Assembly (NCBI GenBank): GCA_963697745.1 | Contig: CAVOPD010000016.1 | Coordinates: 24,931-88,930 of the forward strand | Source: an uncultured Acidobacteriota bacterium | GTDB taxonomy: Bacteria > Acidobacteriota > Vicinamibacteria > Vicinamibacterales > CAVVIG01 | Direction of reading: 5' to 3' | DNA length: 64,000 bases | Shown here: positions 40,629 through 51,281 of the stretch, one piece after another | How the letters are laid out: every line of letters begins with the position of its first letter | Position numbering within the stretch: position 1 is the first letter of the stretch | The notes under the pieces: generated by a model | What the model was told of the DNA's origin: nothing | The model's database searches: none | The model's input: only the letters and a program-made list of their open reading frames with translations | Translations under genes and position numbers: made by a program

Positions 40629-42187
40629 TGGATCGCCTCGTGCCCGAGCGTCGAACCGGGTCGGTTGCCAGGAGCCGCCGCCATCGCGTCGCAGAAGACC
40701 GCTGCGTCTCGTGACAGCGAGCGACGCTGGCCTGCCACGGCGTCGCGTCCACGTAGAGCCCGCGCGACGCCAGGTCGTCGCCGTTGCGGTCGTAGACCAC
40801 GTCAGCCATCTGATCGCTGAGCCGCCACTCGCCGCCCTCGAGTTCAGCAAACGGCAACCTGACGTAGCACTGACTCTGATTGGGGGCGTAGTTCACCGTC
40901 ACGAGCAGACGCTCACCGGCTGAATTCTGCCAGGCGAAGGCGACGAAACAGTCCGAGGTCCAGTTGCCGTCCCAGGCGGACGTGCACTCCAGCAACTGCC
41001 ATTCGCCGTCGCGGACCACGTCCTGGCGCAGCACCGCGAGCAGGCGATCGTAGAACTGCTGCAGTGACGCATCGGCCGCCTCGTAGCGGTGCGCGCACCA
41101 GATGTGGAGAGATGCGCGTGCGGCGTCCTTCGAACTGCCCGTCATGAAAGAAGCGCAGGCCCGGCGTGAGGAACGTCAGGACCGCTGCCGCCGGATGCAC
41201 GTCGGCCGCAAAGGTGACCGCCGCTCGCGGCTCATCGTGGTTTTCGAGGAACCGCGCCATCCGGTTCTGATAGGGGAGATCCGCGCTCAGATGCTCGCGC
41301 ACCGGCCGGGCGTGTTGATCGCGGAGCCGGTCGTATAACCGTTTGTCGTAGGTGTAGTCGAATCCCTGCTGCTGGAGTGTCCACTCGAGGTCCCAGTAGA
41401 CCTCGGCCATGAAGAGGAAGTCCGGAAGCGTGGCGTCGCACCTCCTCCATGGCCTGTGGCCAGAACGATTCAGCGTGGATGCCCCAGGTCCGTTCGAAGA
41501 TCTTCGGGGAGCACCAGCATGGCCATGTCGCAGCGCACGCCGTCGCACTGCCCTGCGATCCTCACGAGTTCTGCGATCAGCGCCTGCTGGGTGGCCGGGT
41601 TCCCGTAATCGAGCTGCAGGGTGTCTGGCCAGCCCGGGAAAGTACGGATCTCTCCCGTGAGCCAGCACTCGCGAGCCGTGCGCTCCGGTGACAGTCGTGT
41701 AGTTCCGCGGGTGCGCGCGCCAGATCGGCCTCGCTGCCCTGCACGTAGTACTCGGGATGATCCTCGACCCACGGATGATCCAGGCCGGTGTGGTTCGGAA
41801 CGAAGTCGAGCAGCAGCCGGAGTCCCCGTGCGCGCAGCCGCGTGCGAAGCCGCGCCAGCGCCGCGTCTCCGCCGAGTGCGGGGTCTACGCGTGTAGCCCG
41901 TGATCGCGAAGCCCGAACCAGCGATGTCGTCCTCGACGCAGATCGGGCAGCGTCTCCTCGAATTCCCTGCGCCACTCGGCGTGAGCGCGGGAGACGCGCT
42001 GTCCCGCTCGCCCGGTCTGCCAGACGCTCAGGAACCAGACCCAGTCGAATCCCAGTCCGGCCAGGCGATCCAGTTCGGCGTCCGGGACATCGTCCAGTGT
42101 GGCCGCCCGGCCAAGTGCGCGCGACAGCTCGGTGAGCCAGACGCGCGTGTTGACCTGGTAGAGCGCCGGATAACGCGGCGTGCCCAT
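40612..42187 (-). CDS. Alpha-amylase-family (GH13-like) glycosidase; frame-disrupted (at least 5 indels); 3' end approximate
   Basis: Fragments lie in ORFs 41885..42844 (from the ATG at 42187, [18 protein letters not shown]), 41577..42557 ([24 protein letters not shown]), 41470..41772, 41232..41450, 40913..41668 ([11 protein letters not shown]) and 40612..41145. Confidence 0.7.
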
Positions 42188-42210
42188 GGGCCCTCTGATC
42201 GCCTGTCGTG

Positions 42211-44970
42211 TCAGCCTTTCTTCGGCTCTTTTTTGGCCGTGACCGCCGAACGCACCGGCCTTGCCGCCCTGAAGCATCGTCTCGGCGTCGAGCGATCCGA
42301 AGAGCTGCGTCAACTTGGCCACGAGCCCGGTCCATCCGGTCTGGTGACTGGCGCCCAACCCGGCGCCGTTGTCGCCGTGGAAGTACTCGTAGAAGAGCAC
42401 ATGATCGTGCCAGTGCGGATCGTCCTGGAACGTCGTCGTGCCGCCGTACACCGGCCGGTGACCGTTCGCGTCGCGCAGGAAGATGCGTTCGAGACGGCTC
42501 GAGATCTCCTTTGCCACCTCGAACAGGTTCATCATGTTTCCTGAACCGGTCGGGCACTCCACCTTGAAGTTGTCGCCGTAGTACGCGTAGAAGTTCAGCA
42601 GCGCCCTGATCAGGATGGCGTTGACCGGCATCCAGATCGGACCGCGCCAGTTGGAGTTCCCGCCGAACATGCCGCTGTCGGACTCGCCCGGCAGGTAGTC
42701 CACGCGGTATTCCTGATCGCCGACGTGGAAGATGTACGGGTGCTGCTCGTGGAACTTCGACAGCGAGCGGATGCCGTAGGGGCTCAGGAATTCATTCTCG
42801 TCGAGCAGCTTCGACAGAATCCGTCGCAGACGATCCGGATTCACCAGAGCGAAGATGCCGCGATCGTTGACGCCCTGATGACCCCTTGCCCGTCGGGTGG
42901 ATCGAGGTCATGAGTTCCGGCATCTGGCGGAGACGGGCCTGGAAGGCCTCGACCGCTTGTGGAACCCTGTCGCGCTGCCAGGGTTCGATCACCGTCGTCG
43001 CGCACAGCGGCAGGAGCCCCACCATGGAGCGCACCTTGAGACGGGTGGCGTTGCCGTCCGGAAGCCGCAGGATGTCGTAATAGAAGCCGTCCTCTTCGTC
43101 CCACATGCCCTCGGGACCGGGCTTGTTCATGGCGGCGGCGATGTAGACGAAGTGCTCGATGAACTTCGTCGACCATGTCCTCGTAGACGGCGTCGTGGCC
43201 GACGAGTTCGACGGCAAGTTCGAGCATGTTCTGCGTGAACAGCGCCATCCATGCGGTCCCGTCCGCCTGCTCCAGATGGCCGCCGGTCGGCAGCGGCGCG
43301 CTGCGGTCGAAGACGCCGATGTTGTCGAGGCCGAGAAACCCTCCCTCGAAGACGTTCTTGCCGAAGCGATCCTTGCGGTTCACCCACCAGGTGAAGTTCA
43401 GCAGCAGTTTGTTGAACGCTGACTTGAGGAACTCGACGTCGGTCTCGCGTCCGAGGGCCTGCTCGGTACGGTGCAGGAACAGGGTCGCGAACGCATGAAC
43501 CGGCGGGTTCACGTCGCTGAAGTTCCACTCGTAGGCTGGAATCTGGCCGCTCGGATGGAGATACTTCCCGCGCAGCATCAGCTTCAACTGGTCCTTGGCG
43601 AAATCCGGGTCGACGATGCCGATCGGCAGCGTGTGAAAGGCGAGGTCCCAGGCCGCGTACCATGGGTACTCCCACTTGTCGGGCATCGAGATGATGTCCT
43701 CGTTGACCATGTGGAACCAGTCGCGGTTTCGGAACTCGCGGCTGCCGTGGTGGAGCGGATGCGCGAAGTGTTCCTCCAGCCACGAATCGCCGTCCCAGAA
43801 GTAGTACTGCTTGGACCACAGCATGCCGGCCAGCGCCTGTCGCATCACGGCCGCCGCATCCGCGGATACGGACGGCGGCGTCACCGACTTGTAGAATTCG
43901 TCCGCCTCGCCGACCCGGGCGGCCAGCGTCTCGGCGAAGTCGCGCCCGAACATCGCGCTCGTCTTGTCGTCCGCGCGCGTGGCGGCAGGAGCATCGGCCA
44001 CGAGGCGCAGGCGCACCGTCGCCGACTGTCCGGCGCCGACGTTCATGCGGTAGTGGGCGGCAGCCTTCGTGCCGGAGCGCTCCGGATTCACCGCGTCCTG
44101 CGCACCGTGCACGACGAAGTTGTTGATGCCGTCCTTGAGGTACGGACCGACGTCGGGATAATCGAGATGGAGTTGCGCGTGGTTGGTCGAGTTCTCGGTG
44201 AACAGCAGCGGCACGTCGCCTTCGCAGTGCAGCCGGTACTCGCCGAGCGTCGGATGCGCCAGGGCAATGACGCCGGTGCCGGCTGGCGCATCGACCTGTC
44301 GAAGTGATGGCTTCTCACCACGTACGCTGATCCAGGTCGCCCAGTCGTTGCGGAACCACACCGTCGGCAACAGGTGCAGTTCGGCCTCGTCGGGTCCGCG
44401 ATTGACGGCGGTGATCTGGATCAGGATGTCTTCGGGCGTCTTCTTGGCGTACTCCACGAACACGTCGAAGTAGCGGTTCTGCGAGAACACTCCGGTATCG
44501 AGAAGCTCGTATTCGAAGTCCTTGCGGCCGCGGCGCCGATTGGTGTCGACGAGGTCTGCGTAGGGAAACGCTGCCTGCGGGTACTTGTACAGAAACTTCA
44601 TGTACGAGTGGGTTGGCGTGCTGTCCAGGTAGAAGTAGTACTCCTTGACGTCCTCGCCGTGGTTGCCTTCGCTATTGGTCAGCCCGAACAACCGCTCCTT
44701 GAGGATTGCGTCCTTGCCGTTCCACAGGGCCAGTGCGAAGCAGATACGCTGCTTCTCGTCGGAGATCCCGCCGAGACCGTCTTCTCCCCAGCGATACGCG
44801 CGCGAGCGGGAATGGTCGTGCGTGAAGAAGTCCCAGGCGTCTCCGCCGTGGCTGTAGTCTTCACGAACGGTTCCCCATTGCCGTTCGCTCAGGTACGGAC
44901 CCCATTTCTTCCAGGGCATCTGGCTCTCGCGTACCTGATCGAGTCTGCGCTGTTCGGTTGTACCGCTCAT
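42211..44970 (-). CDS. GH63-like (MGH1/glucosidase-type) glycoside hydrolase; frame-disrupted (about 3 indels)
   Basis: Fragments are ORFs 42841..44970, 42792..43217 and 41885..42844. N-terminus [23 protein letters not shown]; also [14 protein letters not shown] and [15 protein letters not shown]. The probable stop at 42211..42213 is reached only after a shift near an A6 run. Confidence 0.7.
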
Positions 44971-45119
44971 GGCTCTCTCCTGCTCGGACTCTTCCGGGGT
45001 CCCGGTCGCGCGAGGTGGCCACTGTCTTCAGAGTCGCCGCGATCTGAAGCCGGCCACGTTCAAGTGCGAGGATTGGTGCACTGATTTGGTGCCACTGTAC
45101 GGCGTGGACCCGCTCAGCG

Positions 45120-45134
45120 CTATGCGAATTCGGC
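45120..45134 (-). promoter_or_regulatory. Conserved intergenic motif (G)GCCGAA-N3-GCATAG, copy oriented toward GH63 gene
   Basis: Plus strand reads CTATGCGAATTCGGC. Lies 150 nt upstream of the start at 44970. Confidence 0.35.
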
Positions 45135-45163
45135 GCGCTGTCCTTGTGCGTACGGGTGCTGCG

Positions 45164-45195
45164 TGCCTTGCTGCCTTGCTGCCTTGCTGCCTTGC
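45164..45195. repeat. 8-bp tandem repeat TGCCTTGC (3 perfect + 1 imperfect unit)
   Basis: tgccttgc tgccttgc tgccttgc tgccttcg, read directly. Located in the divergent intergenic region. Confidence 0.8.
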
Positions 45196-45263
45196 TGCCT
45201 TCGCCCTTTGCGCCTGTTCGCGCCTCTTTGGCGTGTCCTTTGCCTCCAGGCGGCGTGGCGCTT

Positions 45264-45281
45264 GCCGAATCCGCATAGTCC
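45264..45281 (+). promoter_or_regulatory. Conserved intergenic motif TGCCGAA-N3-GCATAG, copy upstream of OMP gene
   Basis: Reads GCCGAATCCGCATAGTCC. Lies 83 nt upstream of the ATG at 45364. Confidence 0.35.
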
Positions 45282-45363
45282 ATGAACGATCCGCGCGGAT
45301 ATCTTTAGACAACGGGGAAGGGTGGACCTTCGCCCACTGACAGATCACGCAGGGAGTGAACTC

Positions 45364-46113
45364 ATGAAGAGGAACGGGACCATTACCGCGGCGGCATTGA
45401 CAGTCGCACTGTTTGCGGCTGCCGGCTCAGCCGCACAAGCCCAGAGCGCTAACCCGGAAAAGCCCTGGAGCGTCGATTTCGGTCTCGGCTGGGACAACAG
45501 CATCAGCGGCAACATCAACTCGGGCGCCATCGGCACCCTCAATGGCGTGACGACGGTGATCACGAAGAACAGCTACGAAGACGTCTACGGCACCGGGCTC
45601 CACCTTCGCTTTGGCGGAGGCTACCTGCTCAACAGCAATACGGAAGTCCGCGCCACCTTCGCATTCCAGTCGCTCGACGCCGATCTCACGCCGATGGGTC
45701 AGATCGGGTCGTCCAACCTGTACGGCCAGTACTCGGATTACCAGAGCCTCTCGCTCGATTTCGGTGTTCGTCAGTACGGCGACATCAACCCGAAAGTGCG
45801 CGGCTACGGCGAGGCGCTGATCGGCCTTGGCTTCGTCGACAAGACCGACGTGACGCTGGCCGCACCGGGTGCCAACCTGACGCAGAAGGCCAACGACTTC
45901 TACGATCAGACAGCGGCGCTCTCGCTCGGCGTCAATGTCGGCGTCCTCGTTCAGACGCGCGACACCGTCGGTTTCTTCGGCCAGATCGGCATCAGGCGGA
46001 TGGGCGGCATGACCGAGATCGACAACCTCCAGGGCACCGGCCTCGAAACCATCAACGACAACAGCTCACGCTGGACTCTTCCCTTCATCGTCGGCATTCG
46101 GGCGCGGTTCTAG
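45364..46113 (+). CDS. Outer-membrane beta-barrel protein (paralogue of barrel in 38648..39896)
   Basis: ORF 45322..46113; ATG at 45364 (MKRNGTITAAALTVALFAAAGSAAQA). Ends NSSRWTLPFIVGIRARF. Confidence 0.7.
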   Translation: MKRNGTITAAALTVALFAAAGSAAQAQSANPEKPWSVDFGLGWDNSISGNINSGAIGTLNGVTTVITKNSYEDVYGTGLHLRFGGGYLLNSNTEVRATFAFQSLDADLTPMGQIGSSNLYGQYSDYQSLSLDFGVRQYGDINPKVRGYGEALIGLGFVDKTDVTLAAPGANLTQKANDFYDQTAALSLGVNVGVLVQTRDTVGFFGQIGIRRMGGMTEIDNLQGTGLETINDNSSRWTLPFIVGIRARF

Positions 46114-46114
46114 G

Positions 46115-48338
46115 ATGAACCTGACGCGGCCTGCGTGTGCCGTCGGCCTGGCGATCATCATCGGCGTGATTGGCAGTCCGGCTGCAGCGCAGGAGCCGCC
46201 GCGGCCGAAGGTTGGCGTCGCCTTCGGCGGCGGCAGCGCGCGCGGCATCGCCCATGTCGGCGTCATCCGCTGGTTCGAGGAACACCACATCCCGATCGAT
46301 CTGGCGGCCGGCACCAGCATGGGCGGCCTCATCGGCGGGTCCTTTGCCAGCGGCATGGACGCCGACGAAATTCAGGCGATGCTGCGCGGCATCAACTGGG
46401 ACGAGATGTTCGGCTTCTCGAGCTTCGCGTTCAAGAACATCCGCCGCAAGGCCGACGCGAGGGCGTATCCCTCGCACCTCGAGTTCGGGTTGAAGAAGGG
46501 CGTCGCGATGCCAAGCGCGCTCAACAACGGCGAACAGGTGGACCTGCTGATCACGCGCATCACGGCGCCGTATTACGCCGCGCCCACGTTCGATGCGCTT
46601 GCCGACGCCGTTCCGGGTGGTGGCGGTGGACCTCAAGACGGCGACTCCGGTCATCATCGACCGCGGTTCGCTGGCGGGCGCCCTGCGCGCCACGATGTCG
46701 CTGCCAGGCATTTTTCCTCCGATTGAAGCCGGCGGCATGGTGCTCGTGGACGGCGGCGCCATGAACAACGTGCCGGCCGACGTCGTCCGGTCGATGGGCG
46801 CGCAGGTGGTGGTCGCCGTCAACGTGGGCGACCTCGACGATCAGGAGACGATCAGCTATTCGATACTCGGGCTGATGGGCGCCACGCTCGACGCGATGAT
46901 GCGCGCAAACACAAAGAAGGCGCTTCCGGCAGCCGACGTCATCCTCTCGGTTCCGCTCAAGGAATACGGGTCGCTCGCGTGGCGCCGCAGCGACGAACTG
47001 ATTGACGAGGGATACAAGGCCGCTGAGGCGATGAAGGCGACGCTGCTCCCGTACGCCGTCTCCGACGCGCAGTGGCAGGCGTGGGTCGATCAGCGGTCCG
47101 CGGCGCGCCGGCGAAGCGTACCCTCGCCTGCATTCGTCAACCTGCAAGGCGTCAAGTCAGGCGACGAGCGGCGTCTCACCGAGATTCTGGCGAAACACAT
47201 CGGCCGGCCGCTGGATGTGCCGTCTCTCGAATTCGACCTCGAGGAACTGTCTGGCCTCGATCGCTACGAGACGATCCGCTGGCAGATGACCACCAGCGAC
47301 ACCGGCAGCACCGGGCTCACCATCCGCGCCACCGAGAAGCCGTACGCGCCGCCGTTCCTGATGCTCGGCGTCAGCCTCGAGAACACCACCTCGGACCAGT
47401 TCCAAGTGAGCCTTGCCGGCCGCTACCTGCGGTTCGACGTGCTCGGCTCCGGCTCCGAACTCCGGCTCGATGCCACCGTCGGATCGGATCCCTCGGTGGC
47501 GGCCGCACTCTATCACCCGCTATGGCGTTCGACATTCGTGTCCCCGTACATCGGCGTCAGCAACCGCACATATAACCTGATCCAAAATGACACCGTGGTG
47601 GCCCGCTACGGGCAGACACTCTCAGCGGGTGGTCTCGACCTCGGCGTGAACCTCGGTCGCGACAGCGACTTTCGTGTCGGCGCCACGCTGGGCCACCTCG
47701 ACGCCAACGTCATCGTCGGCGATCCCGGGCTGCCATCCGCAGCAGGCAAGGCCAGCAGGGCTCACGCCGTCTGGCGCATGAACACCCAGGACCGCGTCGT
47801 CGTGCCAACCCGCGGGGTTTCAGCCCAGGCGGGGCTCGAATACACGGTGGACGGCCCCGACATCACCAGCACGGTGGAAATCGACACCACGCGCTCGAGC
47901 GTCGATCTTCCGCAGTTCAGCGGCGAATCCAACTTCTTCAAGACGATCAGCGAAAAGAACACGCTGTTCGTCCTCGGTGGTGCAGGCACGTCGTTCTCGA
48001 ATCATCCGCTGCCGACCGATCAATTCGTCCTTGGCACACCGCTGCATTTGAGCGCCTACAGCGTCGGCGAGGTTCGGGGCGACCACTACTGGCTTGGGAC
48101 GGTAGGCTACCTGCGCGAGGTCGGTCGGATGCCTGACTTTCTTGGCGGCGCGGCGCACGTCGGGGTCTGGTTCGAAAACGGCGACGCGTTCGACGACTGG
48201 AACAAGCTGTCGTGGCGCACCCATGTCACCACGGGCTTGATCGTCGACACGCTGATCGGACCGATGCTGCTCGGCGGCAGCGGGGGGTTCGACGGCCGCT
48301 GGCGAACGTATGTCGGCATCGGTCGTCTGTTCCGCTGA
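46115..48338 (+). CDS. Patatin-like phospholipase fused to an Omp85/surface-antigen-type beta-barrel (PlpD-like, type Vd architecture); one frame disruption near 46.60 kb
   Basis: ORFs 46115..46726 plus 46593..48338. Signal peptide, oxyanion motif GGGSARG, nucleophile GTSMGG, catalytic Asp motif VDGGAMNNVP, then a ~400-aa beta-rich C-terminal region. Confidence 0.8.
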
Positions 48339-48348
48339 TCGCGCGTGA

Positions 48349-48930
48349 CCTGCACCGACGGTCCTGACGCTCTCCGGTGTCGGCGACCTCGTGTCCAAGT
48401 TCACCGCCGTTCAGGACTGGAAGCTGGCGTTTCACGCGACCGGGGAGCCGGTCCACGACTTTGCGGCGCTGCTGTCAGACGGGTCCATTCACGCTTATCT
48501 CAGTCATCCCGGCTTTGACCACACGGGGATTCGCCTGCTGGCGACTGCGCTGATGCTGAACGGCATCGCCATGGAACTGTGCGGCTCGTCGAGACCGGCG
48601 AGCGGCAGCGAGCACCTGATCTCGCACGCGCTGGATGGCCTCGCTGCGCGACCCCGACTGCACGGACTGCAGGTGGGCATCGCGACCTACATCGTCAGCA
48701 TCCTGCAAGGTACCGATCCACAGGAGATTGGTGCGTTGTTCGAGGCCACCGGTGTGTGGAAGGCGGTCGCCCAGGATCCCTTCCAGCGGGCGGAGTGGCT
48801 GGCGGCGATTCGCGCCGCGCCGGCAATGAAACCAGACTATTACACCATTCTGTCGAGCCGCGACGTCCTGCCGGAAGTCGAACGATTGCTGGGCGAGGAC
48901 GAACTGCTGAGACCCTGCTTTCGCGACTGA
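48349..48930 (+). pseudogene. 5'-truncated remnant of a glycerol-1-phosphate dehydrogenase / Fe-ADH-superfamily gene (C-terminal ~190 aa only)
   Basis: ORF 48391..48930 is open back to 48349, 10 nt after the patatin stop. It contains LSGVGDLVSKFTAVQDWKL and ASGSEHLISHALD...HGLQVG. There is no room upstream for the N-terminal NAD-binding half. Confidence 0.6.
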
Positions 48931-48977
48931 TCCCCTGGTTCGCAGTCGGCGTGCTTCCCGCGCGCTCGATAAGGCGG

Positions 48978-50295
48978 TCAATGATCAACCATCTCGCGAG
49001 CGACGCACGCCATACCTTGCGGACGGCGCGAAGCCAGATCGGCAAGCCTGGCGCCCACCAGGAGTCCGATCGCCATGGCGCCGACCACGAACACCGACTT
49101 GAAGGAGAGTGCCAGGGTGGCAGCGGCGAGCGCTGGATCGGCCGCCGCTCCCGCGGCTGACAGGCGCATCGCACCCACTATGCTCTGGTACATGAAGACG
49201 CCTGGCATCATCGGGACGGCGCCGGCAAATGCGAGCGCTGAAAACGGCAGCTGCATGCGAATGGCGGCCATGTTGGCGATCAGGCCGATGGCCAGGCATC
49301 CGAGCAGCGTCGAGATCGACATCCCGAGGTGCTCGATGCCGACATGTCGGAGACCATGGCCGACCATGCCACAGAGGATCGAAACCCAGAGGACCCGCCA
49401 CGGCGCGTTGTAGAACGCACCAAACCCGCACGCGGCCACGCCGGCCAGCGCCACATCCACCGACAACGTGAGTGGCATCGCCTCTGACGGTGACGTCGAC
49501 AGGGTCGCCGGACCGAGGGTGAGCCACCCTCCGAGGACGACACCGAGCGCGGTGGCGGTGAGGATACCCATGGCGAGCGCCAGGCGGCAAATGCCCGTCT
49601 GCACGTGGTTATCCAGCATGTCGTTCACGCTATTTATGAGATGCGGGCCCGGCACGAGCATCAGCGCCGGGACGATCAGGCAGAAGCCCGGCGTCGCGGT
49701 CCAGCCCAGGCGAATCGCCAGGCCGCCAAGCACCGCGCCGATCAGCCCCGCCGCAAAGGGGTGCGCGAAGAGCATGACGGACCGCCTCGCCCAGCTCCTG
49801 CCGCGCGATCAGCCCCACGGCGGAAGACAGGCCGCTCACGACGATCGCGCCCCAGTCCGCGAGCAGCAGCCAGGCGATGGCTGAGGCCGCCAGCCCGAAG
49901 AAGACAGTCACGACCCAGCGTCCGTGTCGCGGCGCGAGGCGTTCCAACGTCTCCAGACTCTTCATGGCTTCGTCGAGACCGATGCGATCCAGGCACAGCT
50001 CGTCGATGACATTCATCGCGCCCGCACTGACGGCGACGTTGATCCGAAGTTCCGGCGCCCGTGCATGGATACCACGCCCGTCTGCCAACGCGAGCGTGAC
50101 TTCGCGGTAGCCCACGACCGTCTGCACGTTGACGCCCAGGTGCCGTGCGATCCGATCGATGGCACGTTCGAGACTTTTCGAACGGACGTTGTATTCGAGC
50201 AGGAGGCGGGCGCTCAATTGAAGGAAGCGCAGCGCGGCCTCGCTGGGTGACGTGGCGTTCGAAGGCGGCTCGAGGGAGCCCGGTTCGGAGGTCAT
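48978..50295 (-). CDS. Threonine/serine exporter family protein (ThrE: DUF1212 + ThrE_2); one frame disruption near 49.78 kb
   Basis: ORFs 49630..50295 plus 48978..49775. The multi-TM C-terminal half contains PGPHLINSVNDMLD. Confidence 0.7.
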
Positions 50296-50415
50296 CGTAG
50301 CGGAAGCAGCGATGGGTGCAGCGCGATACGACGCATGCGCCGCCTGCCGCGTGTCGGCTGTGGCGTGCGACTACGACCTCACCGTCAACGATCGCCGTTG
50401 CTAATCGACACGAAC

Positions 50416-50982
50416 CTATTTCGGGTTGATCAACGGGATCAGGCTGGCGCGCTGAAGGTCAATCATCATCTGAAGGCGCCGATCCATCTGAACAAACATC
50501 GCCGATTTCTTTTTAGGCAATACCTTCTCAAATCTCGGCAGGTATTTCACTCGCAAATCCATCAGAGCCCTGTCCGCATCAAGCAGCTTGCCGACATAGT
50601 CCGTGGCTTGTTTGTCATCCATGGTGGCGTAGTGGCTCGCGTACTCTTTGATTTGGGCGTAGCGGCTGTCGGTGATTTTGGTCACCTCCGAGATGTACTC
50701 GTCGTACACAGGCCAGAATGTGGTGGATTCTTCAGTGGTGAGCGGCAGATTTGCGGCCACAATCTGCCTTCTCTGATCCCGGATGTCCTGCTGCAGCAGC
50801 TTGATTTCCTGATCCGTGATTGCCTCACGTGAGGTTTGCGCAGTGGTGTCGTTTCCCGGTCCGCTGGCCCGGGCTTGTGCAGATGACGCGGCAGGGGTTC
50901 CCAGAGACGCAGCCGTTGAAATACTGGCGACGAGCAGCGCGATCCGCAAAGTCTTGGTCACGGTCAGTCCTTTCAGGTCCAT
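50416..50982 (-). CDS. Periplasmic helical hypothetical protein (LTXXQ/Spy-CpxP-like impression)
   Basis: 3' part of ORF 50416..51126; ATG at 50982. Signal peptide LRIALLVASISTAASLG. Charged helical sequence containing LPLTTEES. Function unknown. Confidence 0.5.
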   Translation of the reverse strand: MDLKGLTVTKTLRIALLVASISTAASLGTPAASSAQARASGPGNDTTAQTSREAITDQEIKLLQQDIRDQRRQIVAANLPLTTEESTTFWPVYDEYISEVTKITDSRYAQIKEYASHYATMDDKQATDYVGKLLDADRALMDLRVKYLPRFEKVLPKKKSAMFVQMDRRLQMMIDLQRASLIPLINPK

Positions 50983-51137
50983 TCGATGATGGAGTTGCGA
51001 GTGAGCGGCTTCGTGACGAGCAGACGGATCGGATTGCCGCGTGCGTCGCGCTGAATCTTCGCCCGTCCGCAAGTGTGGGCCAAGCCGCGAAGCTTCTCGG
51101 CCTCCGGAGGAACGAGTCGGACCCAAAACTCGTGCAT
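50973..51137 (-). CDS. Possible small ORF (54 aa) overlapping the next gene's start by 10 nt
   Basis: Part of ORF 50973..51206: MHEFWVRLVPPEAEKLRGLAHTCGRAKIQRDARGNPIRLLVTKPLTRNSIIEWT. Its stop overlaps the ATG of the next gene (ATGGACCTGA). No clear SD and no recognisable family. Confidence 0.3.
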   Translation of the reverse strand: MHEFWVRLVPPEAEKLRGLAHTCGRAKIQRDARGNPIRLLVTKPLTRNSIIEWT

Positions 51138-51281
51138 GTCCGGGACACCGGTGTTCGCCGTTTCCGAGGTTTTCGTAGACGCCCCCGGTGCGTCTACGTC
51201 AGTCACCAGTCACTGATGGAACGTGTCCTCATAGCAGACCTGATGGACAATCGATCAGAACCCAAGCTGGCCGGAGGTGGC

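Noticed and set aside
42150-42260. Apparent in-frame fusion of the GH63-like hydrolase with the alpha-amylase-family protein in ORF 41885..42844.
   Set aside because: An alternative frame across an A6 run (CAAAAAAG) gives a plausible Lys-rich C-terminus ([11 protein letters not shown]) and a TGA at 42211..42213. The amylase-family gene has its own ATG (42187) preceded by AGAGGG. Given the local indel density, two separate genes are more likely than a fusion.
45164-45195. Possible CRISPR or minisatellite.
   Set aside because: It has only four 8-bp units with no spacers, and no cas genes are present. It is a simple tandem repeat, not a CRISPR array.
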